Source of the DNA: Octopus sinensis
Lineage: Eukaryota
Direction: 5' to 3'
Assembly: GCF_006345805.1 (NCBI RefSeq)
Contig: NC_043000.1
Coordinates: forward strand, 66,650,001 to 66,714,000
DNA length: 64,000 nt
Positions 27,991-40,105 of this stretch are shown here, in pieces. The position numbers and the translations under genes were made by a program. Under the pieces are notes generated by a model, which had not been told where the DNA came from, ran no database searches, and was given only the letters and a program-made list of their open reading frames with translations. Each line of letters begins with the position of its first letter. Within the stretch, counting starts at the first letter, position 1.

Positions 27991-29679
27991 AATTTCCACA
28001 ACCGTCAGCTTGTACATGCCGAAGTTCAGCTTGCCTGAACAGAATAGTAGTGATGATGGTGGTCACGATGATGCCTGTGATATTTTTGTATCTTTCCTCT
28101 TTTCCCTAGCAGCAGTTATTGGTTGGTTTTTGGTGTCTTGAAAATCGATTTATATTATAAAAATTGAAATAACAATCACTGTCCTTGATATCCGTTTGCA
28201 GACAACGAAATATGCTTAATATCAAAAGCTGTTTAGCTGTGAAACACTTAAATATTTTATAGATTTCGCCCCACGAATTCTTTAACCTCTATATTTCACT
28301 GACTGAAGAATTTTCATGGGCCTTTTGACGGTGCTGAAATAGATCTTGATTTAAGTCTAACAATCAAGTGAAGTAAATGCTAAGTTACACATTTATTAAT
28401 ACCGTCAGTGTTGGTTAGTAACAACCACTTTTTGAAATGAAGTACCACAAGTTTAGAAGAATGTTACATAATCCAGTAGAATACAACCTGAATAATGCTC
28501 AGATGCATACATCATTAAAAAAAGCAAGAGCAAAAAGGAAAACAGTCAGATGCGAACGAAGACTGTCTGAGGCCAGCATTGTAAAATTGTGATCTTGAAT
28601 TTATTGTCCTCTACAATATAAGTGGTATTGCTAGTGGCGCTATTTGGATGCATGTATAAATAAAAAGTGAACCATCTTTCGAGAATATTGTGAAAAGTAC
28701 GCCATTTAAAAAAAATGTTTTGTGAAGATTTTTGAGTTTTATTGAACGTTTCTTTATTTCTTTTAATCGGGGGTACGGTCATGCATGGGCATGATTTTAT
28801 TCGTTAATATCAGCGTATATTCTTATTCCAGTCTAGTATTGAATATTTTTTCCGATCACTGTTATCACTATTTACTATCTAAACCTGTTGCTTTGGATGT
28901 AAGTTAACATTCTATACCAGTGTACTCACACAGACACTTCTATACGTCTACTAAATCACACTCGCAAAACATTAGTTAATCTCAGTCTGCTATAAAAAAA
29001 GTACTTGTTCCGGGGACCACACAGTGTGATGGAACACAAAACTACATGGCTGCGAATCGAAATTCTTAACCACACGTCTAAGCTTGGGCATGTTTTGTCT
29101 ACTTATAGTTTCACTGACTGAATTTTCCATATCTTTTATATTTTAAAGTGTTGGGCGAAATATTTGTGGTATTTATTTTGGTTCACGAGTTCTGAGTTCA
29201 AATCTAGCGGAGGCCAACTTTGCGTTTTTGTCCTTCTGGGATTTATAAATAAAGTATCAGTTTTGGACGGTGGATTGGCGAGATCATTAGATCTGAGAGG
29301 GAATACCTTGCGGTATTTGTCTTGACTTTTCGCGTTCTGAGTTCAAATCCAAGTGTGTATTATTTGGGTATTAGACTTAGACTTATTTTGTCACCCAGTT
29401 TAACACCAGCACCTGGTCCTTGAGTGCATTTAGAGGAGTTTACTCTGATGCAAGTATTAGAGCCTGATGATTTGTAACTCTCTCACACCAGTCTAAGAGT
29501 CTCGTACACATTCTGCCCACGTCGTTAATACCTCTTGTTATCGAGGGGGCTATGAAGCAGTCGTTCGATCCCCTAGAAATAACTCCTCACCATCTTCAAA
29601 TAAGACATTTCACTATCAATGTAGTAACAGATTACTAGTATTACTGGTACGTTAACATTGTATTGCTATGATGGACGCA

Positions 29680-29889
29680 ACATCAAGTGGTTAAGAAATT
29701 CGCTTACACTCACGTGTTCTTGGGTACGATTCCACTGTGTAGTATCTTGAACTGCCTATTACCCAACCTTCGGGTTGACCCAAGCCTTGTGAGTGAAACT
29801 GCATTTATGGAAACCCCCGAATGGATTGTACCTGTAATCTATAGATCCAGCCTTGTCACATTGTGTCACGCTGATTTTGCTCGAAAATT
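29680..29889 (+). mobile_element. SINE family B, interrupted at its 3' end by a family C insertion
   Basis: Similar to 4293-4560. Confidence 0.6.
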
Positions 29890-30062
29890 CTTTTCTACTC
29901 TAGGTATAAGGCCCGAAATTTTTGGGAAGGGGCCAGTCGATTAGATCGACATCAGTACGCAACTGGTACTTAATTTATCGACCTGAAAGGATGAAAGGCA
30001 AAGTCGACCTCGGTTGAATTTGAACGGAGAACGTAAAAACAGACGAAATACCGCTAAGCATT
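29890..30062 (-). mobile_element. 5'-truncated SINE family C with an 18-bp target-site duplication
   Basis: TGATTTTGCTCGAAAATT at 29872-29889 and 30063-30080. Confidence 0.88.
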
Positions 30063-30749
30063 TGATTTTGCTCGAAAATTACGAAAAGATTAAATTTACC
30101 CGTGGAGTATTTAGCTCTCATTCAGTAAGCAGATAATTTATTTGATCGAAGAACCGAATAGTCAATTGTCGAAACCGATGGAAATCCATTTTTACAATGT
30201 ATTATATAGAATATATTTATAGATTCTTAGCTAGCACATTGCAAAATGGTTTACTCGGTTTGCCAAAATGGTTTATTCAGTTTGCAACTAACAACTTTGT
30301 AAAGAAAAATCAGTTGTTGGATAGAATCGAAATTTATCTGGAAGACCCTTTTTTTTTCTCTACAAAGACACAGTATAAAAGATAAGTTGTTTACATTTGT
30401 CTATGCACACAGCACCGGTTTAATATCTATAGATTTATTTTACAGCCCATCATAGTAATGTAGTCATATCCGTCCATTCAGCCACTATTCCTGGCAGGGC
30501 CGTTGGGGGTAAAGTCCTCAGCAACCTCCCCCGCAGTGCCTATCAGAGACAAACGTTACGACCAGCTGAGACTACGGTCATTATCCAACTTTCTCTTTCT
30601 TGGTCTACACTTGGTCTACCCCGAGCCGATTGGCTCGGTTTGAAGAATCCGTCTTGCGATTCTTTCCTGCGACATTCCGATCACATGTCTGTTGTAGGGG
30701 AGCTGTGACTTCTCAATGCGGAGAAGTTGTGGCTTGGGTAAAGGAAAAG

Positions 30750-30993
30750 CTACCTTCTCAAGTCATGCCGACTCATAAGGGCCGGTTTTCTAATTTCATG
30801 ACGTAAATATTCCCACCTGGACGGGACGCCGGTCCGTCGCAGGATTACTAACTTTTGCCAGCTGAGTGGACTGGAGTAACTTGAATTGAAGTGTTCTTCT
30901 CAGGAACACAAGTCGTTACCCAATCCAGAAATCGAAGCCACAATCTTACGATCATGAGTTCAACACCCTAACCAGTAAGCCACGCGCCTCCAC
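30750..30993 (-). mobile_element. tRNA-derived SINE family D
   Basis: Head GTGGAGGCGCGTGGCTTACTGGTTAGGGTGTTGAACTCATGATCGTAAGATTGTGGCTTCGATTTC; body CTCCAGTCCACTCAGCTGG...CGTCCCGTCCAGG. Confidence 0.75.
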
Positions 30994-30999
30994 ATGTAG

Positions 31000-31385
31000 C
31001 GGCTCGACTTGGAGAGATCGTGGTCTCCAAGCCACACACCTTGTGGAGTAACGTTACTCCACAGGCCCTTCAGAAGAACCGTATTTCGGCCGCTTGTATT
31101 TGTAATGGTACCCTTTCGGTCATTATCTGACATTCATGACCATAGGTGAAGATAGGCACGAAAACTGAATGGAAGATAGCGAATTTGACTTTTTTTTTAC
31201 CAACCACTCCTCTTCTGAGAATCGAAAGGTGTAACTGGTGCATTACATCTGCCAGTACCTGCAATTTTATCATCCAATTGATCCTCATACTTGCTATCAC
31301 TCGTGAATACAGCCCCGAGATATTTAAACTTCTCCACTTTTCTCTGTGGGGAGTGGAGCTCAAAGGATGCGAATTTAGTCATAAA
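31000..31385 (-). mobile_element. RTE-clade LINE RT C-terminal fragment
   Basis: KVEKFKYLGAVFTSD, then frameshifted VMHQLHLSI...KFAIFHSVFVPIFTYGHE..MTERV..QIQAAEIRFF. Confidence 0.85.
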
Positions 31386-31573
31386 TATACAAAAAAAATA
31401 GGGATGATTAGAGCTGGGACAACTTTGATGTTAGGTCCGCTTGAATTGTGGTTAAACAGTGGTTAAACAACAACAAAACAACAACAACAGCAACAATAAC
31501 AATAGCAGCAACAAAACAGTAGTAATTATACATGAAAGCACCTGAATACCATTATCACCTTCATAAATATGAA

Positions 31574-31660
31574 TTTTGATTGCTATTTAAATAAATGAAT
31601 TTGAGTTTTGATTGCTGTTTAAATAAATGAATTTGAGTTTTGATTGCTGTTTAAATAAAT
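31574..31660. repeat. 32-bp tandem repeat, about 2.7 copies
   Basis: TTTTGATTGCTGTTTAAATAAATGAATTTGAG starting at 31574, 31606, 31638. Confidence 0.92.
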
Positions 31661-32284
31661 TAATCTTAATAATATCATAAGGAAAGTGTTATCTAAGACA
31701 CCGAATGGTTTTTATCTATTGAAATACTATTTACTATTACATTTATCTGCTATGTTAGGTCGGGAGAACAGTCCTAAAAAAATTTGCTGAATAAATAAGC
31801 CCATTTTGAATTGTTGTCTCATGTGATCTTCCTCCTCATTTTGTTAACAATTGAAGTCTGTTCATTACTGAATTAAAAAAACAAAACAAAACAAAACAAA
31901 AACACTTGTTTCAGAAGTCAAATGACCTCATTAAACAATGTCAAATATTCCTATCCTTAACACGAAGAGGAAGTTTCTGATCGTCCGCTCAGCCTACTTC
32001 AAATTGTACCGAGGACTCTTTCAAATCCTATAAAAACAGACATCTTGGCTATTGCTATAAAATTACCCGAAGAAAAGACGACAGTATGGCCAAACAGATT
32101 ATTGTTATAAAAACCGGTGCATTCCAAACATGCTTAGAATATTGTTTACACCATTTGTTTAATGTTATCAACCTTTTATCTAAAAGGCTGTATTTTAAAG
32201 TGATCACAATAAATGGCTTCTGTTGTATGTATTTATGCGCGCGCGCATTTACACACACACATGCGCGCGCACATATATTGATAT

Positions 32285-32486
32285 TCTTTTACTTGTTTCA
32301 CTCATTAGACTGCGACCATTCTGGGGGCACCATCTTGAAGAATTTTTAGTCAAACAAATCGACCCCAGTACTTTTTTTAAAGTCTGGTAATTATTCTACC
32401 GGTCTCTTTTGCCGAACCGCTAAATTACGAGGATGTAACAAACCATCATCAGTTGTCAAGCGGTGGTGGGAGACAAACGTACACAA

Positions 32487-32490
<4 letters not shown>
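32285..32490 (-). mobile_element. SINE family A, 3' half, followed by a (CA)/(TAGA)/(GA) compound microsatellite
   Basis: Reverse complement of the family A 3' half. Confidence 0.8.
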
Positions 32491-32529
<39 letters not shown>

Positions 32530-32559
32530 AGATATATAGATAGATAGGTAGATAGATAG

Positions 32560-32603
<44 letters not shown>

Positions 32604-32876
32604 TGAGAAAGAGAATGAGAGAGTGAAGGATAGTGAGGGAAAGACAGAGTGATAGAGAATGAAAGAAAGCAAAGAAATTAGGCACAAACGACGAAGAATT
32701 ATACAACAAATGGAAAAATTTCCTCTGACCGGCTGTCTCTGTGGGGCGCCACTATTTCGACCCCTAATGATAGTACCGGTAACAACAGTTGGAATTGACA
32801 TCAACAACCGTAAGAAATGGATGTTAGAGAGTGATACACTGTAGCTGAGACAAAGGGTCAGAAAAGTATAATAGTG

Positions 32877-32956
<80 letters not shown>

Positions 32957-34139
32957 CGGGATGGCATCGCGAGTGTCGCGTTATTCCCAAGCAACTATGC
33001 CGTCCCGGGTCGACCTTGAGCGACTTCAACACAGCCAAAGCATTCTATAGGGGATTAGTGGAGGGAGGTACTACGACGATCTCGAGGCGAACCTGGGCGT
33101 CGACGAGGATACACGACCCGCCTTTCGGGCCGTGACCTATGGACAACTCCCAGAGATCCCTGACCTGGCAGTGCTATCGAGAAGCGCTACCCGTTCGGGA
33201 TAAGCTCTACAGACATGGCTCTAGAAACACGGGGCCGACCTGTCCGAGATGCGGTCAGAGCGATGAAACCGTCCTGCTCACACTCGTACAGTGTCGCCTA
33301 TGTCGAACGACTGATATCGCATGTGGTACGAGTCAGTTTATCAACCGAGTCTATCGTGAATATTGTCGCGCCTCCTTCCTTGAAACGGGAAGGAAGAGCC
33401 ATTTTCATCGTACTTGTGGCCATGGCGAAAGAATGTGTATGGTGGACGCGTCTGAAAGGTCTTGAGACCAACACTTTCCTCTCTGGTCAATCACTCATCA
33501 ATTTCTTCAAGTATCACTTAAAGAGGAAGGTGAGAGTAGAGAGGGAAGTTTTGTCTAGTGAATGCTTCAAAAAAAGATGGGTGAATGTAGCAAGGATGGC
33601 ACGTGTGAATGACGGAGCCAGCTTGAGCATAATCCTATGAACCAAAAGAAAAAAAAAAGAAAAGCGAAAGGAAAAAAGAGAGCCACTTACTGTAATGTGT
33701 TTTCTTTTTGCATGACACTATTGCCCAAGGTTCCCGTGGTCTTTTCCGTAGCCTTTTCTATCCACGGACAAACCTAATCTGTTCTCCCCTTTTACGTAAA
33801 TTGACATTACTGTGATACACGACACCTATTGATCGGCCCCACTTTTTTTTCCTTTTCCCCACGATCCCTTTTGATCGGAATTCGCCCCCCTTTTTTCCTT
33901 TTTTTTCTTCTTTTCACGATCCCTTTTGATCGGAATTCGCCCCCCTTTTTTCCTTTTTTTTCTTCTTTTCACGATCCCTTTTGATCGGAATTCGCCCCCC
34001 TTTTTTCCTTTTTTTTCTTCTTTTCACGATCCCTTTTGATCGGAATTCGCCCCCCTTTTTTTCTCCTCTTCTCTTCTTCCCAAAAAGGAAAGCTCTACTT
34101 TGTATCTTGTCCCTTCTGTGTTTAGTCCTGCGTGGCCAA

Positions 34140-34145
<6 letters not shown>
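32957..34145 (+). mobile_element. 5'-truncated L1/Tx1-clade LINE (zf-RVT C-terminus, 3' UTR), ending in (TC)n
   Basis: SLTWQCYREALPVRDKLYRHG...CPRCGQSDETV..H..VQC, then frameshifted VAMAKECVWWTRLKG...LINFFKYHLKRKVRVER...KRW; AATAAA at 34138 directly followed by (TC)n; left flank (TATC)n. Confidence 0.85.
33860..34060. repeat. 55-bp minisatellite, about 3.7 nearly perfect copies, in the Tx1 3' UTR
   Basis: CACGATCCCTTTTGATCGGAATTCGCCCCCC... starting at 33860, 33915, 33970, 34025. Confidence 0.95.
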
Positions 34146-34191
<46 letters not shown>

Positions 34192-34192
<1 letters not shown>

Positions 34193-35690
34193 GTCTGCCT
34201 GTCTACGAAGACAGGTGTATGGACAACAAGCAGGTGTATTAGTTTGACGCTCGGGAAAGAGAGAAAATCTTTTACGTTTCGAGTTTACGTTCTTCAACAG
34301 AAAGGAAAACTAGAAAATAAACAGAGAAAGAATAAAAAAAAACTTGTAGATTTAGCGGTCAAATATGGCGACTGGTTGGAAAAAAGAGATTTTGACAGGA
34401 GAGGTGGAAAGAAGGGGAAATAAAAAAAGTATTGGTGATCCCAAAACAAAGGTGCGCATGCGTGTGTGTGTGTGTGGATAGGGGCGAGTGACTTTGTACG
34501 TGTGGATGTGTGCGTGTGTAAGTGTGTGAGTCTGTAACGTGTAGGTGTGTGGATGATGATGTGTGGGTGTGCGGATGATGGTGTGTGGTGTGGGTGCTGG
34601 GAAGTGGTCAGTGCTAGTGTTTGTGGAGTGGTGTAGGGTGGTGTGATGTGGTGGTGTGGTGGTGTGTAGTGTAGTGTGGGGTGGGGTATAGTGTGTGTGG
34701 GGATGTGGGAGTAGAGGTGTGAGGATGTGGGATGTGGATGTAGGTGTGCGGTGGAGTTGTGGTGGTGAAGGTGTGGGGCGTGTGGGGTGTGTGGGGAGAG
34801 GTGGTGGTATCAATGAAGACAGAATGTGGATAGGAGTGAAGAGAGATAGGTGTCAGATGAGAAGAGAAGAGTTGAGTCCATCTGGTGCAAAGGAGCGAAG
34901 AGAGACAGGTGTTTTAGTAGATGACAGGTAGAGCGGAAATGACGCCAGACCAGGGTGTCACTGCCGAGTCTGATGTCTCAGAGGTACTCTGCGAACCAGT
35001 CAGCCAAGCGGCGTCCTGTTTGACCAATGTACAGAGAAGGGCATAAGAGCAGGAGATGCAGTAAATGACGTTCCTAGAAGTGCAGGTACAGGAGTCGGTG
35101 ATATGATAGGGACGATGATGGATGCCTGTTAGGGTGAGAGTGTTGGAGAGGTAGGAGCAAGTGCAGCAGCGTTGACAGGAGCAGGGGAATGAGCCAGGTT
35201 GGAAGGTGGGGTTAGGGAAGGAACCGAGGACCAGGAGGTCACGCAGGTTATGGGCTTTTTTGAAGGAGGGAAGGGGTAAGTTGGGGAAGATGTGCGAGGT
35301 GGAAGGGTCGGACTGGAGTCGCCGGAAGACTCGGAGGATGGTGTGTTGGAGGGACAGAGTGGAGAGGTGGTAGGTGATGGAACGGGAGATGAACAACGGC
35401 TGGGCAGGTGCGAGGAGAGCAGAGGCTCAGTCCACGGAAGTGCTCTGGCAAGGGCTGTGGGGATAGTGGTAAGGGGATATCCACGAAAGATGAAGTGGCG
35501 AGCCATAAGTTGAGACTGAGTCTCAAAATCATGACTGAAACTGCAGAACCTGCGCAGACGGAGGAATTGGGTGTAGGGGATGGAGAGTTTTATGTTGGTA
35601 GGGTGGAAGGAGGTACTTATATGGTACTTAAGAGTCAATGCGAGAGCTTCTATGTGGTCATTGATAGAATTAGCAGTCAAGTAAAACCTT
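34192..35690 (-). mobile_element. Penelope-like element (Neptune-like Cys linker): RT thumb, GIY-YIG, AC-rich 3' region, pLTR
   Basis: YHISTSFHPTNIKLSIPYTQFLRLRRFCS...HFIFRGYP; NLRDLLV...FPCSCQRCCTCSYL...CTCTSRNVIYCISC; LRSFAPDGLN near 34870; frameshifted. Confidence 0.9.
34269..34304 (-). ncRNA. Minimal hammerhead-like motif, variant core CUGUUGA
   Basis: CTTT-CTGTTGA-A-GAAC(GTAA)ACTC-GAAAC-GTA-AAAG; same family as 43190-43229. Confidence 0.45.
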
Positions 35691-36423
35691 TCTAATCTTT
35701 CTTAGGCTTACTGAAAAAGAGTGAACACTTTGGGTTATGTGGTTCTGCATGCACTATGTCTGAATAAAAGCTAAGCAAACGACTGCAATACTTTTGGGAA
35801 TATGTCAGCTCAACCAGGTCTGAATCAAGGCTTAGTAACTGCAGCAACATGTACACTGGGTACTATACAAGGAATTGAAGTCTGAGCCAGTAATGGATCA
35901 GATCTTGCCTCACTCTATAGCACCACCTGATGAACTACACCGTATGCATATTAGCAACTTAAGAAAATATAGCTACGTTTTAAAGGTGGTTCCTCTATTA
36001 ATCTGTGATACATTTATCCTAAGGTAATTATTACTATCCTTATTATTTATGGTTCGGGGAATACATCAAGAATGTCTTTTCTTCAAAATGAATTAGGTTA
36101 ATCTTGGGAAACATGCATAGAAATGACCAATGTTAATGAAAGCCATGTGAGATCATCATAATGTTTACAGATCCCAATTTTGCTATTTTCTTAACCGTGC
36201 CTATATCGATATTTATATGTAACCAATGTTATACAGAAGTTATACAATTTATATTACTATTTATCATTAGTTTTATATCGTATGCTTTCAGTGATCTACC
36301 TAGCGCAGCTTTGTACGCCTTGTTCCGTGTTTACTTTGGTTTTGTAATTACTCGTAATGCACTTATTATTATAAGGATTGTTAAGGCGGTGAGCTGGCAG
36401 AATTATTAATATGCAGGACAAAA

Positions 36424-36561
36424 TTCTTCTTCTTCTTCTTCTTCTTCTTCTTCTTCTTCTTCTTCTTCTTCTTCTTCTTCTTCTTCTTCTTCTTCTTCTT
36501 CTTCTTCTTCTTCTTCTTCTTCTTCTTCTTCTTCTTCTTCTTCTTCTTCTTCTTCTTCTTC

Positions 36562-36592
<31 letters not shown>
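36424..36592. repeat. (TTC)n microsatellite, about 55 units
   Basis: Direct; on the minus strand it follows the 3' UTR of the R4/Dong-like LINE. Confidence 0.98.
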
Positions 36593-36595
<3 letters not shown>

Positions 36596-37290
36596 CTTTT
36601 TATCTCAGGCTTTGTTGCAACTCCCTGAGTTTGCATGCGTAGCTAGCTTGGTGCCTGCAGCCTATGGTACCACGTTATCTGTTCTTTTCAACTAATGCTT
36701 TCCTGATTAATCTGGCCATGCTAAGGAGGCAAACCTCTTTCTAACAGTTCCAACGAGCACTCTATTCCGATTTCTTTTATATTCCTCTTGATGCCTTCTG
36801 ATATTATCTCCAAAGGCCCAACAATAATTGGCACAATTTTCACCTTCTTCCTTTTCCATAGCTGGGCTATTTCTTACTTAACAGGGTGTATTTATCTATT
36901 TTTTCGCTTTCCTTCTTGACTATTCGTGGGTCAAAGGGGAACGTAACATCAATATTATAGCATATGTGATGCATGTTGTCGACCACCACTAGGTCCGGTC
37001 TGTTATGCTTTGGCACCTGATCTGTTTGGATTGAGAAATCCCAGAGGATTCTGCCACTATTTGCGGTTTGTCACTTTTCGCATAGTTTCCAATGTAGCAC
37101 TTTCGCTATCTCATCGTGTAATGATTTTTGGCAAGTATAGAACATTTCGTGATATGGGCAATGGTTTTGTCCACTCTATTACAGATTCGTCACAGCGGAG
37201 ACACTTGCTCATTCCCAAGGTTGACCTTCCCATTCATGGCCAAAGCTTGGTCTTGTGTTGCCAGTATAGTGCTCTCAGTCACTTTTTTCA
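36593..37290 (-). mobile_element. R4/Dong-like RLE LINE 3' end
   Basis: LKKVTESTILATQDQAL...RIC...TIAHI..C (CCHC); ILWDFSIQTDQVPKHNRPDLVVVD..CYNIDV.FPFD...ESEKIDKY...LW..KVKIVPIIVG. Confidence 0.85.
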
Positions 37291-38048
37291 GTGTAGTAGT
37301 GGTACTACTTGTAGTAATAATAATAGTAGTAGTTGTAGTTGTGGTATGTATGAGATTTATTGCCATATATTTGAATAACATGTTTGTCACAACAACGGAA
37401 TAATTCAAACGTGGCTTATAACAATACTACTTCAACAATTACTTGAACAACTCATAAAGGGGTAAAGAAATTAGCCATTTTAATGACGACAATTTTCTAC
37501 GGCTTGTTAGAGATATTCCATTGAGTTTTTATTTAGGTGTGGCGATAAAAAATGGAGAATGCATAATATTTATTAGGAATAAGACTGCTGTTAAAATAGC
37601 CCCAGTCTACTAAATCAGAAAGATATCTCAGATGGTGTGAGCATGCTGCAGTACAGTAAGATTGCTTTAACACTGGAATTAATTAAAGCAGTTTTGATAG
37701 GAGTGATAGGCTGTATTAGGAACTGAAATTCTATACATTTGACATTGATTTATGTAGAAACATATCGTGCTAATTAAGATATTTAAACAACATATTAGTT
37801 AAGGAAACCAAAGAACGAAGTATGACAGACTTGGAAGCAGCCATAAATGACGAATATGACCAGTGCTAATTTTTTTTATTTGTCTTGTGCGTGCGATTTA
37901 ATAACGTCAATCCATTTATCTCAAAAGGTCTGACAAGTGTGTATGTGTGTGTGTATGCAATGTATGTAGATGTGTGTGTAATTGTTCCACGTCCTGCGTT
38001 GCTGTGTTTTTTTTCTCTTTTTTTTTCTGCGTTTTCTTGTTTGGATTA

Positions 38049-38091
<43 letters not shown>

Positions 38092-38419
38092 GCACACACA
38101 TACACACAATACATACAATACATATCTTTACAAAATTTGTTTTTCAAAAGATTATTTGAATAGCTGATAGTTTATCTTAATAATTTCTCCCTTCGCTCCC
38201 TAACACACCTAGCCTGTAACTTCTGTCAACTAAACTTCAGATACTTCAAGTTTAAAGTGTTTAGCATGTAAACCTAAAACGTTTTTTCTTTCTGTTGCAA
38301 GGGACAGACAAAACTTATATTGTTCTCTAGAGCACATCAATAGAAAAAAATCTGTTTATGTTGAGACAAATGTGAAGTAAATAGAAACTTTCCGTAATTT
38401 ACAAGATTGCAGAAAATAC

Positions 38420-38539
38420 TTGATAAAAATGAACTCCATGGCAACGTTGACAAAAGCTTTCACATTGGAGGCATTGCGTGTGTCCAAGTCTTGCCGCAAT
38501 AATTTAACGCATTCCTTACTTTCTGAACAGATATGAAGG
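38420..38539 (-). CDS. Candidate internal exon (phase 2-2, 120 nt)
   Basis: aatacag acceptor, open frame LHICSESKECVKLLRQDLDTRNASNVKAFVNVAMEFIFI, gtattt donor; no homology recognised. Confidence 0.3.
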
Positions 38540-39969
38540 CTGTATTAATAAATATCGCTCTTGATTGTTTAAAATACATCAGCAAATAATTTCGTTTTAT
38601 TGTATGAATAAATTAACGTGTTAAAGCTAATTACTCAATCTCTTCCCGAGGTAAATGTATTCGTTTCTTTTTAAAATATTATACCAAGCCTTCGTCTAAT
38701 GGACTTATGTTTCACATTGCAAAACGTTGCTTGATGTAGATAGTATATTCACTATCTTAAAGCAATTCTTCAATCTTATTAAATGAATTGGGAACACGAT
38801 GACTATAATTATAGAGAGTGTTGGCAGATAGTGTTTTAATGCTACAGTCAACACTAAAAACATTACCTCTAACCTAAATATGACATTTTAATCGATAGAG
38901 TACGAAAAATGTCGAATGAAGCCAAGAGTACAAGGGTGACCAGAATGGCAAATAATAGGGTTCATCATTTTGATATTTGTAAAAGTTTTATATGCAAACG
39001 CTTTTGTAATGATAAAGTGGGTAATTAAATTTTTGTTTTTCTGAAAGTGAAACTAACTGCATAACCATTTCTGCAAAATGAAACTTTTTCTCAAATTTGA
39101 ATAACATTTGTCATGCCTACATATAAACATTTTTATAGAAATGACAATGGTATTTCTCTATATTATCATTAATTATTAATATAAATAAGCAGCATACATA
39201 TGCGTTCTCAGCATTGCATTTTTGTATGTCCATTAGCAACTAAGTCATTAACAAATCCCAGTATTTATTGATCGCTTGGCTTTGGGATTAAACAATTTTT
39301 CATGAAACGCTTATGAAAATGTTCACTACGAACACAGCAAGAAAAACATTATTAGCACAACAAGCATTAACTCTTCCACAAAAACAAAAGCCATATTTTC
39401 CATACTTACATGGGATATACATCACGTTAATTAAACCAGTGCATTATTTCCGAAATATAGATAGTACCAAACTATATTTGGTATCTGGTAATGAAACTAA
39501 AATAAATCTGTTCTCCACTATTTAATTCATGGTGGGAATATGATATGAGCAGCCACCAATAAAAATATATTTGCTTTTGCTTATATAGAGTTTGTAGAAA
39601 AGGCTGATTTTCTTTCGTAATAAATATTGTGAATAGATTACTGTAAAAATATCAGCAATTCTTCGTTTTCACTTTCATAGGGTTTTACCTTTTATAGCTC
39701 CGGCTCTTTATGATCACTCCTTTATCGGCCTTGCACTCAGCTAATTAATGGAAAGTTTTGCAATCTAAAAAAAAAAAATATATGAGGAAACAAACTTTAT
39801 CAATTTATCAACATCAAATTTCAATCTCACGAAATACAGTTTAACAAATTGAAAAAATTATAAGATCTTTTCGCTAGTTAAGTGACGAAATCGATATGTT
39901 AACGCGACAATGTTTATATATAAAAATATTTTACATTCAATTTAAATGATATAAAAATAATCCAATACA

Positions 39970-40105
39970 TGGTATTTCGTCAGTCTTTATGTTCTGAGTT
40001 CAAGTTCCGCCAAAGTCGAACTTAACTTTCATCATTTCGGGTCGATGTAACCAATTTACCCCTCTCCTAAATTACTGGCCTTGTGCCAAGATTTGAAATT
40101 AATAT
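39970..40105 (+). mobile_element. SINE family C fragment (another on minus at about 40555-40650)
   Basis: GTATTTCGTC..GTTCTGAGTTCAAGTTCCGCC...GGCCTTGTGCCAAGATTTGAAA. Confidence 0.7.

Noticed and set aside
33860-34060. Regularly spaced repeats resembling a CRISPR array
   Set aside because: Units are identical end to end with no unique spacers; eukaryotic LINE UTR; no cas genes.
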